This document shows, in pieces, positions 23,701 to 32,833 of a DNA stretch of 64,000 bases; the stretch's first letter is position 1, and every line of letters begins with the position of its first letter. The notes below the pieces were generated by a model. It had not been told where the DNA came from and did not search any database. It was given only the letters and a program-made list of their open reading frames with translations. Source of the DNA: an uncultured Planctomycetota bacterium (lineage in GTDB: Bacteria > Planctomycetota > Planctomycetia > Isosphaerales > Isosphaeraceae); contig CAVTTN010000002.1 of the NCBI GenBank assembly GCA_963737655.1, positions 7,200,001 through 7,264,000 of the forward strand, in the 5' to 3' direction. The position numbers and the translations under genes were made by a program.

Positions 23701-26700
23701 CTGGCGGCCGGTCCGATCGTCCTGGCGTGGTGCCTTTCGCCGGTCCTGGCGTTCTGGATCAGCCGGCCGAAAAAGGTCGTCGAGGAAGTCCTGAGCGAGG
23801 ACGACCGCCGCGAGCTCCGCCGGATCGCCCGCAAGACCTGGAGCTTCTTCGAGACGTTCGTCGGCGACGCCGATCACTGGCTCCCGCCCGACAACTACCA
23901 GGAAGACCCCGACGGCCGGGTCGCCCATCGAACCAGCCCCACCAACCAGGGACTGCTCCTGATCTCGACCCTCGCGGCCCACGACTTCGGCTACCTCGGC
24001 CTGAGGACCCTCGCCGACCGCCTCGAACGGTCGCTCGATACCTTCGACAAGCTGGAGAGGCACTGGGGGCACTTTTACAACTGGTATCACACCCAGACCC
24101 TCAAGCCGCTGCCCCCCACGTACATTTCCACCGTCGACAGCGGCAACCTGCTCGGCTGTCTGGTGACCCTAAAACGAGGCATGCTCGAACTTTGCGAAAC
24201 GCCCCTGGTCGCGGCGATGACCGGCGGAGAGGGGCTGGCGGACAGTCTGGGGCTGCTGGCCGAGGCCGTTCGGAGTGTCCCGCCGCCGTCCGGACCGACC
24301 GCGGCGGCGGCCCTGAAGGCCCTTCAGGACGACATTTTGGCGGCGTCCCTGCTCCTGGCCGAACGCCCGGCGGACCTCCTGGTCCTCGACGACTGGCTAG
24401 GTCGGGTCGATTGGAAGGCTCTGGGGATTTTGGGTAAGGTGAGGGCCCTGGAAGAAGCGACCGGGAGCACGGTCCCCGAGCCGGTCGAACGATGGTCGCG
24501 GCGGTTCTCGGTCGAGGTCGCCCAGAAGAGGGCCGACCTCGAAGCGGTCGCGCCCTGGCTCCCCGCGATCCGCCGGATCGAGGCCGCCGAGACCGCGCCC
24601 ACCTGGGCCGATCCCTCGGACATCGAACAGTTTATGACGGCTCGACGCCAAATCGTCGACCCGGCGAGCCTCGTCGTGCTGGCGGGCCTCCTGGACGGGT
24701 TGCGGACGTCTCTGGAGGAGCTTTCCCGGCGGGTTCCGGCCGTCGGTCCGGTGGCGGAGACCCTGGGCCAGTCCTGCGCCCCGGACCTCCTATCCCGCCT
24801 GAAGCGCCTGGCCGAGCGGGCGGAAGGGTTTGCCGACTCGATGGACTTCCGGCCCCTCTACAAGCCGGACCGCAACCTGTTCACCATTGGCTGCAATCTC
24901 GCCCAGGGTCGCCTGGATGGCCCATGTTACGACCTGTTGGCCTCGGAATCCTGCCTGACCAGCCTGTTGACCGTCGCCCGAGGAGACGCCCCCCGCCGCC
25001 ACTGGTTCATGCTCGGCCGACCGTTCATCCGGGCGGCCGGTCGGATCGGGCTGATCTCCTGGGGCGGCACGATGTTCGAGTATCTCATGCCTCGCCTGAT
25101 GATGCGAGGACTCCCCGGGACCCTGGTCGCCGAGGCCGTCAAGACGGCCGTGGCAAGACAGATCGAATACGGAGGCCAGACGGGCGTTCCGTGGGGGATT
25201 TCGGAATCGGCGTTCCATGCCCAGTATGTCGATGGCGACTTCCAGTATCAGTCGTTCGGCGTCCCCGGTTTGGGACTCAAACGAGGGCTGGAAAAGGATT
25301 TGGTGATCGCTCCCTATGCCAGTCTCCTGGCGACGATGATCGTCCCCCGCGAGGCCCTGGCCAACCTGCGAAGGATCGCGGCCGAGGGGGGATCGGGGGC
25401 CTACGGGTTCTACGAGGCCATCGACTACACCCGGGACCGCGTGCCGAAGGGGAAAAAAGCGGCGGTGATCCGCCAGTACATGGCCCACCATCAGGGGATG
25501 GCGTTCTGCGCCCTGGCGAACGCGCTGCTGGATGAGCCGATGCCCCGGAGGTTCCATGCCGAGCCGATGGTCCGGGCCGTCGACCTGCTCCTCCAGGAAC
25601 GGATTCCCCGGGACGTCCCGCTCGTGGCGCCGTCGGAGACCACGACTCCCTCCGGGTCCGAGGAGACCCAGGGAACGCCGCTGATGAGCCGGCGGATCAC
25701 CACGGCGATGACCCCCGCTCCTCGGACGCATCTCCTTTCCAACACCCAATATCACGTGATGTTGACCAACTCCGGCGCCGGCTTCAGCACGAGCCGGGGG
25801 CTGGACGTGACCCGGTGGCGGGAAGACTCGACCCGGGATTGCTGGGGCCAGTTTGTCTACCTGAGGGACGCGACGAACGGTCACGTCTGGTCGGCCGGTC
25901 ATCAACCTCTGGGCCGACCCTCGGACACGTATGAGGTCGTCTTCTCGACCGATCGCGCGGCGTTCCGGAGGAGAGACGGGGCGATCGAGACCTTGATGGA
26001 GGTGACCGTCTCGCCCGAGGACCATGCCGAGGTCCGCCGGGTCACGATCTCCAACCACGACGCGAAGCCTCATGAGATCGAGGTCACGAGTTATGGCGAG
26101 ATCGTCCTGATGGGGCGAGGGGCGGATCGGGCGCATCCCGCGTTTGGTAAATTGTTTGTGGAAACCGAGTGGGTTGAGGGGTCGCACGCCCTGATCGCCC
26201 GGAGGCGGCCGAGATCGGCGGCGGACCGGCCGATCTGGGCCGTCCACGCCGTGGCCAGCGACCCCTCGTCGGTGGGCGAGGTCCAGTACGAGACCGATCG
26301 GGGCCGGTTCCTCGGCCGAGGGCGGGGTCCGGACGACCCGGCCGCGATCGACTCCGGGGTCGCCCTGTCGGGGACGACCGGCCCGGTCCTCGACCCGATC
26401 GTGAGTCTCCGCCGGAGGTTGCGGATCGCCCCCGGGGCCTCCGCCGTGGTCGCATTCACGACGGCGGTGGCCGATTCGAGGGAAGAGGCCCTGGCCCTGG
26501 CCGACCAGTATCGCCAGCCGTCGGCGGCGAGCCGGGCGTTCGAGCTGGCCTGGGCCCAGAGCCAGGTCGAGCACCGGCACCGCAGCCTCTCGCCCGAGGA
26601 CGTCCACCTGTTTCAGCGACTCGCCGCGCCGATCCTCTTTGCGGGCTCGGCCTTGCGCGCCCCGGCCTCCCTGATCGCCAGCAACGGCCAGGGGCTGGAC

Positions 26701-29613
26701 GGCCTCTGGAAGCTGGGGATTTCCGGCGACCTGCCAATCGTCCTGGCCCGGATCGCCGAGAAGGACGAGATCCCCCTGGCTCGTCAGTTGATCGCCGCTC
26801 AGAACTACTTGCGGCTCAAGGGGTTGGACTTCGATCTCGTGATGTGGAACGAGGAGCCGTCGAGCTACTTCCACGAAGTCCACCAGGCGTTGCAGGAACT
26901 CGTTCGGGACATGGGAGTTGCGGAACGGGCCGACAAGCCCGGCGGGGTGTTCGTCCGCAAGGCGGCCCACGTGCCCGAAGAAGACCGGACGCTGATCCAG
27001 GCGGCCGCCCGGGTGGTGCTGTCGGGCGACCGGGGATCACTGGCCGGTCAGCTCGACCGGATCGAGAAGCTGGCCACGCCCCCCGGCCCTCTGGTCCCGA
27101 CCCGGGAGCCGATCGCCTGGCCGCCGGCCGAGGCGACCCTGCCGCCCGACCTCCGGTTCCCCAACGGGACCGGCGGGTTCTCGGCCGACGGTTCGGAGTA
27201 CATCATCGCCGTTCACGCATCGGCCCCGGCCGACGTCCGCCGCAACGGGAAGACCCACGCCGAGCCGCCTCCTCATCCGATCCTGCCGCCGGCCCCCTGG
27301 TCGAACGTCGTGGCCAATCCCGACTTCGGGTTCCTCGTGACCGAGACCGGGTCGGGATTCACCTGGTCGGGCAACAGCCAGACAAATCGGCTGACCCCCT
27401 GGAGCAACGACCCGGTGACCGACCCCCCGGGCGAGGTGGTCTACCTCCGCGACGAGGCGACCGGGCAGGTCTGGTGTCCCTCGCCGGGGCCGGTCGTTTC
27501 GGCCTCCGCGACGCTAATCCGCCACGGTCGGGGGTATTCGGTCCTGGAGAAAACCGCGTTCGGCCTGGCTCATGAGCTGACGCTGTTTGTCCCGAAAGAC
27601 GCACCAGTCAAGCTCTTGCGCCTGAAGGTCCGCAACCCGGGCGAGGGTGCCCGGAACCTCTCGGCGTGCTTCTTCGCCGAGCTGGTCCTGGGCAGCACCC
27701 GGGACGTCTCGGGCCCCCTGATTACGACCGAGATCGACCACGAGACCGGCGCCCTGTTCGCCCGGAACCGCTTCCGGACCGATTTCGGGTCGCGGGTCGC
27801 CTTCGCCGACGTGGATCGGAGGCCCCGGACCGTCTCGGCCGATCGCGCCGAGTTCCTCGGCCGCAATGGGTCCGCGGCGTTCCCGATCGCCCTGAAGCGT
27901 GTCGAGCTTTCGGGAAGGGTCGGCGCCGCGATGGACCCCTGCGCGGCCCTGCTGACCAGGTTCGAGCTGCCGGCCGGCGGGGAGATCGAACTCACGTTCC
28001 TCCTGGGCGAGGCCGAGGACGCCGAAGCCGCCCGAGCGCTGGTCCGCCGGTTCCATGAGCCGGGGGCGGTCTCGGCCGCCCTGGATGAAGTCCGAGCGCT
28101 TTGGGACTCCACGCTTTCTGCCGTTCAAGTGAGCACGCCGGACCCGGCGATGAACTTGATGCTCAACGGCTGGCTGCTTTACCAGGTTCGGGCCTGCCGA
28201 TTGTGGGGGAGGTCGGCGTTCTACCAGTCGGGCGGGGCTTTTGGGTTTCGGGACCAACTTCAGGACGTGATGGCCCTGGCCCTTGCCGAGCCGGAAGAGG
28301 CCAAGGCGCATCTAGTTCGGGCGGCCTCCCGACAATTTCCGGAAGGCGACGTGCAACACTGGTGGCACCCCCCGGCGGGCCGAGGCGTCCGGACCCGGAT
28401 CTCGGATGACTATCTCTGGCTCCCGTTCGTCGCCCTCCATCACGTCGCGATCACCGGTGACCGAAGCGTCTTCGATCGGCCCGTGCCGTATTTGAAGGCA
28501 TCGTTGCTCAAAATCGGGCAGGAAGAGGATTACGGGCAACCCACGATCGCCGACGAGCCCGGCTCTCTTTATGATCATTGCGTCAAGGCCATCGAACGAG
28601 GGGTGACCTCGGGCCCCCACGGACTCCCCTTGATGGGGACCGGAGACTGGAACGACGGGATGAACCGGGTGGGTTGGGAAGGGCAGGGAGAATCGGTCTG
28701 GGTGGCCTGGTTTCTCCTGTCGATTTTGCCCGACTTCGCAAAGATTGCCGAGCAGAGGGGCGACCTGGAGAGGGCGTCCTGGTGCCGCGATCAGGCCGAG
28801 AGGCTCCGCCAGGCGGTCGAGGAATCGGCCTGGGATGGCTCGTGGTACCTCCGGGCGTTTTTCGACGACGGGACCCCACTCGGCTCGGCGCGGAACGACG
28901 AGTGTCAGGTGGATTCCATCACCCAAACCTGGGCCGTGATCTCGGGTTCGGGCGATCCGACGCGAGTTCGGACGGCGATGCAGGCCGTCTCGGACCGGCT
29001 CGTGAAACGAGACGAGGGGCTGATCCTCCTGTTCGATCCGCCGTTCGATACCGGGAGCCTTCAGCCCGGCTACATCAAGGGTTACGTGCCGGGGATCCGC
29101 GAGAACGGCGGACAGTACACGCATGCGGCCACGTGGGTCGTGGACGCCTTCGCCCGGATGGGACGGGGGAACGAGGCGGTGTCCCTGTTCGGGCTGATCA
29201 ATCCGATCGGGCATTCCGATTCGCCCGAAAAGGTGGCCCGGTATCGAGTTGAGCCCTATGTCGTCGCCGCCGACGTGTACGGTCGCCCGCCTCACGAGGG
29301 CCGAGGCGGGTGGACGTGGTACACGGGTTCGGCGTCGTGGCTCTACCGGGTCGGCCTGGAATCGATCCTCGGGTTCCACCGGACGGGGGAGACCCTGACG
29401 ATCGACCCGAGGATCGCGTCGGACTGGCCGGGCTTCACGATCGAGTACCGTTACAAGACGAGCTTGTACCGGATCGCCGTCGAGAACCCCTCGGGGTTGG
29501 AGTCCGGGGTGAGGTCGATCGAGCTGGACGGGCAGGTTCTGGACGGCCGGACGATCCCCCTGGCCGAGGACGGCCGGGATCACGAGGTCCGGGTGGTGAT
29601 GGGGTCGGATTGA
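20800..29613 (+). CDS. ndvB: Cyclic beta-1,2-glucan synthase (Cgs/NdvB/ChvB; GT84 plus C-terminal GH94 phosphorylase domain)
   Basis: 2937 aa; EWLADNFHIV, WMGWERKRGKL, ITLDADT, SHDLIEG, RWVRGDWQ, RTSPTN, SWGGTMFEYLMP, GAFGFRDQLQD, GDWNDGMN, RENGGQYTHAA and GGWTWYTGSASW. Confidence 0.95.
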   Translation: MSVTSVEAALPPAISSLGRPLIDPDAEGPIRAEIYGLDRLEAHARALASSCDLLPPRRRGSPLLRRFEDNGRVLLRVHSRIIAAEETDEARSIDAEWLADNFHIVEDVLREVRHDLPPGYDGELPKLASPPLRGYPRVFAVALAVVAHSDSELDETRITQFVEAFQEVALLTIGELWALPTMLRLVLVENLRRLAEQMIFRRDERKRAEAFAEGVLVPGASAAEVRSVPSPTDPSDPFIVRLLQLFRDQGSSASSALDRLEAQLESRGLDANETLRREHRRQAANQVSVGNCVTSLRLLSALDWNSFFERVSRVEAILRDDPSGVYALQDFPTRDRQRKSVETIARRSGADEQDVARRAIQRAVEGASDGPRRGHVGFYLLETGSTPLKREFGYRAVGRERLLDWTRSHPRLVYFGSIVGLLAILTLGLAAAGLGGSFGTFWLIAAVLALLLPMSEVAVGLVNHLLTLFLPPRVLAKLEFKDGLPADCPTIVVMPSMLVRPQSASALLERLEIHYLANPDPSLRFALLTDFADADSENRPEDEGYLRDALDRVRLFNDRYSPDGPPKFFLFHRRRVWNPGQGRWMGWERKRGKLSEFNRLVRGASDTTYSTLSADPSLLKNVRFVITLDADTQMPRDTARRMVGTIAHPLNRPRFDATSGRVVEGYGVLQPRVSFHLTAATHSRFAALLASSGGIDPYSTAASDAYMDLFGLGSFTGKGIYDLDAFEAATGHTFPENQILSHDLIEGNFARCGLLSDTELFDDFPARYHAYARREHRWVRGDWQLLPWLGGTVPTASGRRPNTLPALEKWKLFDNLRRSLVPPALVVFLALGWTVLPGSPLAWTLFALLVPAVPLVQLVLGTLIGAARSRSLAGFKRWPDAVPATLGQVGLSIVFLADQARHLVDATLRTLFRLFISRKNMLEWETAASTERRLGTGLLSFFGTMWPAPFLALAILAVVANVRPGALLAAGPIVLAWCLSPVLAFWISRPKKVVEEVLSEDDRRELRRIARKTWSFFETFVGDADHWLPPDNYQEDPDGRVAHRTSPTNQGLLLISTLAAHDFGYLGLRTLADRLERSLDTFDKLERHWGHFYNWYHTQTLKPLPPTYISTVDSGNLLGCLVTLKRGMLELCETPLVAAMTGGEGLADSLGLLAEAVRSVPPPSGPTAAAALKALQDDILAASLLLAERPADLLVLDDWLGRVDWKALGILGKVRALEEATGSTVPEPVERWSRRFSVEVAQKRADLEAVAPWLPAIRRIEAAETAPTWADPSDIEQFMTARRQIVDPASLVVLAGLLDGLRTSLEELSRRVPAVGPVAETLGQSCAPDLLSRLKRLAERAEGFADSMDFRPLYKPDRNLFTIGCNLAQGRLDGPCYDLLASESCLTSLLTVARGDAPRRHWFMLGRPFIRAAGRIGLISWGGTMFEYLMPRLMMRGLPGTLVAEAVKTAVARQIEYGGQTGVPWGISESAFHAQYVDGDFQYQSFGVPGLGLKRGLEKDLVIAPYASLLATMIVPREALANLRRIAAEGGSGAYGFYEAIDYTRDRVPKGKKAAVIRQYMAHHQGMAFCALANALLDEPMPRRFHAEPMVRAVDLLLQERIPRDVPLVAPSETTTPSGSEETQGTPLMSRRITTAMTPAPRTHLLSNTQYHVMLTNSGAGFSTSRGLDVTRWREDSTRDCWGQFVYLRDATNGHVWSAGHQPLGRPSDTYEVVFSTDRAAFRRRDGAIETLMEVTVSPEDHAEVRRVTISNHDAKPHEIEVTSYGEIVLMGRGADRAHPAFGKLFVETEWVEGSHALIARRRPRSAADRPIWAVHAVASDPSSVGEVQYETDRGRFLGRGRGPDDPAAIDSGVALSGTTGPVLDPIVSLRRRLRIAPGASAVVAFTTAVADSREEALALADQYRQPSAASRAFELAWAQSQVEHRHRSLSPEDVHLFQRLAAPILFAGSALRAPASLIASNGQGLDGLWKLGISGDLPIVLARIAEKDEIPLARQLIAAQNYLRLKGLDFDLVMWNEEPSSYFHEVHQALQELVRDMGVAERADKPGGVFVRKAAHVPEEDRTLIQAAARVVLSGDRGSLAGQLDRIEKLATPPGPLVPTREPIAWPPAEATLPPDLRFPNGTGGFSADGSEYIIAVHASAPADVRRNGKTHAEPPPHPILPPAPWSNVVANPDFGFLVTETGSGFTWSGNSQTNRLTPWSNDPVTDPPGEVVYLRDEATGQVWCPSPGPVVSASATLIRHGRGYSVLEKTAFGLAHELTLFVPKDAPVKLLRLKVRNPGEGARNLSACFFAELVLGSTRDVSGPLITTEIDHETGALFARNRFRTDFGSRVAFADVDRRPRTVSADRAEFLGRNGSAAFPIALKRVELSGRVGAAMDPCAALLTRFELPAGGEIELTFLLGEAEDAEAARALVRRFHEPGAVSAALDEVRALWDSTLSAVQVSTPDPAMNLMLNGWLLYQVRACRLWGRSAFYQSGGAFGFRDQLQDVMALALAEPEEAKAHLVRAASRQFPEGDVQHWWHPPAGRGVRTRISDDYLWLPFVALHHVAITGDRSVFDRPVPYLKASLLKIGQEEDYGQPTIADEPGSLYDHCVKAIERGVTSGPHGLPLMGTGDWNDGMNRVGWEGQGESVWVAWFLLSILPDFAKIAEQRGDLERASWCRDQAERLRQAVEESAWDGSWYLRAFFDDGTPLGSARNDECQVDSITQTWAVISGSGDPTRVRTAMQAVSDRLVKRDEGLILLFDPPFDTGSLQPGYIKGYVPGIRENGGQYTHAATWVVDAFARMGRGNEAVSLFGLINPIGHSDSPEKVARYRVEPYVVAADVYGRPPHEGRGGWTWYTGSASWLYRVGLESILGFHRTGETLTIDPRIASDWPGFTIEYRYKTSLYRIAVENPSGLESGVRSIELDGQVLDGRTIPLAEDGRDHEVRVVMGSD

Positions 29614-29718
29614 GTCGAAGCGATGAGATGAGGGGAAGATGCGGCCCGAATGGGCGCTGGACTTCCCGATCTCGTTCCGCCGGATCGAGATCGGGAAGCG
29701 CTTGTTTCGCCTGGCGGG

Positions 29719-29988
29719 CTAGCGGGCTCGGAGCATGCCCCTCATCTGGAGGTGGCTGACGGGGAGGGAGGTCTCCCGGAGCATCCGGGAGAGCTTGTTC
29801 TCGACGGCCTGGGCGGGCGAGAGTCCGGCGCGGTCATCGACCACCAGGACTTCCTCGTGGAGGGCCGTTGGGCCGTTGAGGCCGTCCAGGAGCAGGCGGT
29901 CGGGGACGCGACCGAGGCGGTCGATCTCCTTGGAGGAGGGGGCGGCCAGAGGCTCCGAGGTTCCCATCCGGGTTTCGCTCTTCATCAT
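29719..29988 (-). CDS. Hypothetical small protein
   Basis: 89-aa ORF with a purine-rich RBS-like sequence upstream, in an otherwise empty 900-bp gap; no recognisable motif. Confidence 0.3.
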   Translation of the reverse strand: MMKSETRMGTSEPLAAPSSKEIDRLGRVPDRLLLDGLNGPTALHEEVLVVDDRAGLSPAQAVENKLSRMLRETSLPVSHLQMRGMLRAR

Positions 29989-30347
29989 GGGGGCAACCCT
30001 TCCCTAGAGGGACTCCACTCCGGGGCCTTCGGGACGCTCTCCACGCCCAGGGCCACCGGCTCATATCGCAAAATCCGCGCCGATAAGGGCGAATCGGACT
30101 AGTGGGGTCAGAAAGATATGGGATATTCTGATAACGCCTTCGGAGGCCGCGAGGCGAGGCTCGGGTCGCCGGAAGGGAGGGGTCGAGAGGGCCCCGGGGG
30201 AGGATCGGGGCCCGGGCCGGTCTTTCGGAAGAATGTCCGAACTTGTCCGGTCGCCGTTCGACCTAGGATACGAGATTTCCGTACTTCATGCGGGAAGAAT
30301 TCTTCAGGTTCATCGCGAATTCACCCGTGGGGCCGAGGCGAGGGGTG

Positions 30348-30362
30348 CGGCATGTGAGTTGC
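30348..30362 (+). promoter_or_regulatory. Sigma54 (-24/-12) promoter candidate
   Basis: CGGCAT-gtgag-TTGC (GG-N10-GC), about 150 bp upstream of the ABC exporter. Confidence 0.5.
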
Positions 30363-30509
30363 CTCGGCTCTCGGAACGGTTGGGCTTTCGAGGTGAACCT
30401 TTCGGCGCATTTCTGAGCAATTCCGCGACCCGGGGCGGTCCTCCCCCGGGGGAATTCCCACGCTTGCTTGACGATCGAATCACCCCATCGCCCGAATTCG
30501 GGAGCGATC

Positions 30510-32390
30510 ATGGTCCAGGACCATCACCGAGGTATCAAGGGTCTCATCGCGGAGATCCGTTTGATCGGACTGAGGGGTTCACAGGTCTGGGCCCTGGTCC
30601 CTCGGCGGAGGAAGCTCGCGTTGATCGGGGCGGTGGGCGTCATGGCCGTGTCCAGCGCCGCGGCCACGGCGATCCCGTTTGCCCTGGGTTTGCTCGTCCA
30701 GGCCATCGACCCGGCCGTCCATCCCGGGGTGTCGCGGACGAGCCTGGCCCGCTCGGCGGCCCTGTTCCTGGGCCTGATCGGCGTGGCTTACCTCGTCCGC
30801 GAGACCCTCAGCGTCTTCCGGCGTTACCTCGTCGAGAATACCTGCACCCGGATCGACCGCGATCTGTGCGTGAAGGTGGTCTCTCACATGATGAGGGTGG
30901 ACCTCGCCCGCCACGGCCATGAGCAGGTCGGGGCCCTTCACGGCCGGATCATCCGCAGCGTGGACGGGTTCGTGAGGTTCCTCCGGCTGAGCTTCCTCGA
31001 TTTCATCCCGGCCCTGATGACCGGCGGCTTCGCCCTGATTGCCACGGTTTCCAAGCAGCCCGGGATCGCCCTGGCGATGGCGTGCGTCGCCCCGCTGTCG
31101 ATCGGGCTGACCCTGTGGCAGCTCGTCACGCAGCGAGGGGTGCGTCTGGGGCTTTTGCGGTGCCGGGAGAAGATGGATGGGACCGTGGTGGAGCTCCTGG
31201 GCGGGATCGACTACGTCCGGGCCGCCCATACCGAGACCGCCGAGATCGCCCGGGTCGAGGCCGTGGCCGAGGGGAGGCGGTCCAAGGAGCTGCGGCACCA
31301 CTTCGAGATGTCCCTGTTCGGCAGCGGCAAGGCCCTGAATGAGGGGGCGTTCCACCTGATCGTCGTGGCGTTCGCCGTCGGGATGGCGCTTTCGGGCAAG
31401 ATTTCCAACGGAGATATCCTCACGTTCTCGATGTTATTCCTGAACGTGATGACGCCCTTGAACGAGATCCACCGATTCATCGACGAGGGGCACGAGAGCA
31501 GCCTGAAGGTGGCCGACCTCCTGGGCTTGCTGTCCGAGCCCGAGGATCGCTCCTTCGCCTCGGCCGCCTCGGTGGAGCCGGCTTTGGTGGTGGGCGAGCC
31601 GGTGATCGAGGCGCGCGACCTCCGCGTCGAGTACCGGACGGCCGACGGCCAGACCCGCCTGGCCCTGGACGGCGCCTCGATGACCATCGCCCACGGGGAG
31701 ACGATCGGCGTGGCCGGGCGTTCGGGCTGCGGCAAGACGACCTGGCTCCGCGTCCTGATGAGGCTGGCCCATCCCAGCTCCGGCTGGGCGGCCCTGGGAG
31801 GGGTGCCCATCGACCGGGTCTCCCGCGACACCATCGGCCGATTGATCGGCTACGTCGGCCAGAACCCGTTCGTCTTCTCGGGGACCGTGGCCGAGAACAT
31901 CGCCTACGGCAGCCCCGGGGCCTCGCCCGAGGCGATCCGCCGGGCGGCGCGGTTGGCCTGCATCCTCGACGAGATCCTCGCCATGCCCGGCGGTTTCGAC
32001 GCCAGGGTCGCCGAGCGGGGGACGAACCTCTCGGGAGGGCAGAGGCAGAGGATCGCCCTGGCGCGGGTGTTCCTCAAGAATCCGCCGATCCTGGTGCTCG
32101 ACGAGGGCACCTCCGCGCTCGACACCATCAGCGAGCGGAAGATTCAGAGGGCCATCGACCGCGCCCGGTCCGACCGCACCGTGATCCTGGTTGCCCACCG
32201 CCTCTCCACCCTCCGGGACGCCGACCGCATCCTCGTGTTCGACGCCGGCCGGGTCGTCGAGTCCGGCTCGTACGACGACCTCGTCACGCGGAACGGCACC
32301 TTCGCCGAACTCGTCCGCTCGGCCTCGGGCGACGACATCCCGAGCCTGGTCGACGAGGCGGTCGCCGAGCCCGAGCCGGCCCTGGTGTGA
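30510..32390 (+). CDS. ABC exporter, fused permease + ATPase (type IV, MsbA/NdvA-like)
   Basis: N-terminal TM domain; GRSGCGKT, LSGGQRQR, ILVLDEGTSALD and AHRLST; GGAG RBS. Confidence 0.92.
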   Translation: MVQDHHRGIKGLIAEIRLIGLRGSQVWALVPRRRKLALIGAVGVMAVSSAAATAIPFALGLLVQAIDPAVHPGVSRTSLARSAALFLGLIGVAYLVRETLSVFRRYLVENTCTRIDRDLCVKVVSHMMRVDLARHGHEQVGALHGRIIRSVDGFVRFLRLSFLDFIPALMTGGFALIATVSKQPGIALAMACVAPLSIGLTLWQLVTQRGVRLGLLRCREKMDGTVVELLGGIDYVRAAHTETAEIARVEAVAEGRRSKELRHHFEMSLFGSGKALNEGAFHLIVVAFAVGMALSGKISNGDILTFSMLFLNVMTPLNEIHRFIDEGHESSLKVADLLGLLSEPEDRSFASAASVEPALVVGEPVIEARDLRVEYRTADGQTRLALDGASMTIAHGETIGVAGRSGCGKTTWLRVLMRLAHPSSGWAALGGVPIDRVSRDTIGRLIGYVGQNPFVFSGTVAENIAYGSPGASPEAIRRAARLACILDEILAMPGGFDARVAERGTNLSGGQRQRIALARVFLKNPPILVLDEGTSALDTISERKIQRAIDRARSDRTVILVAHRLSTLRDADRILVFDAGRVVESGSYDDLVTRNGTFAELVRSASGDDIPSLVDEAVAEPEPALV

Positions 32391-32414
32391 ACGGGACCGG
32401 GGCTTTTCCTGGGT

Positions 32415-32652
32415 CGGGTGGCATGCTTACGTCTTTGTCACGCGACACGAAGTTATACCCCCTGAATTGTTCGACAATTTCAAGGACCTTCGGACGCAAC
32501 CGACGATATTTCAAGCGTTTATACGAAGAAACGCCTGAAAATACAATCGCGGCGCGGGGGTATAACTTCGTGTCGCGTGACATCTTCGTAAGCATGTCTT
32601 CGGTCAGGCTCGAACCGAAGACATGCTTACGAAGACGTAAGCATGCCACCCG
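32415..32652. repeat. REPIN: inverted pair of GTGG-type REP palindromes, left REP interrupted by a MITE
   Basis: cgggtggcatgcttacg-tctt-[insert]-tctt-cgtaagcatgtcttcgg...ccgaagacatgcttacgaagacgtaagcatgccacccg. Confidence 0.8.
32436..32582. mobile_element. 147-bp MITE with perfect 27-bp terminal inverted repeats and a 4-bp target duplication
   Basis: TGTCACGCGACACGAAGTTATACCCCC (32436-32462) and its exact reverse complement (32556-32582), flanked by TCTT at 32432-35 and 32583-86; AT-richer core. Confidence 0.88.
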
Positions 32653-32721
32653 GACGAACCCCAGGGACCCTCCACGGCGAAGGCACGGGTCTTCGCGACC
32701 ATCCTCGACTTGGCTTCTCAC

Positions 32722-32737
32722 CGGCACACCGGTTGCA
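32722..32737 (+). promoter_or_regulatory. Sigma54 (-24/-12) promoter
   Basis: CGGCAC-accgg-TTGCA, about 100 bp before the ATG at 32834. Confidence 0.65.
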
Positions 32738-32833
32738 AATATCACTCCTCGTCAGGATCGTCCGTCGGCCGGTTTCCCTCCAGGTCTTCGGAGGGACCGT
32801 TCGGACGAGTACGTCCTCCCGGGAGATGGTCCG

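Noticed and set aside
32447..32571. loxP-like ACGAAGTTAT / ATAACTTCGT in the MITE ends
   Set aside because: Only 10 of the 13 arm bases match and the arms lack loxP geometry. TIRs plus a target duplication explain the element better.
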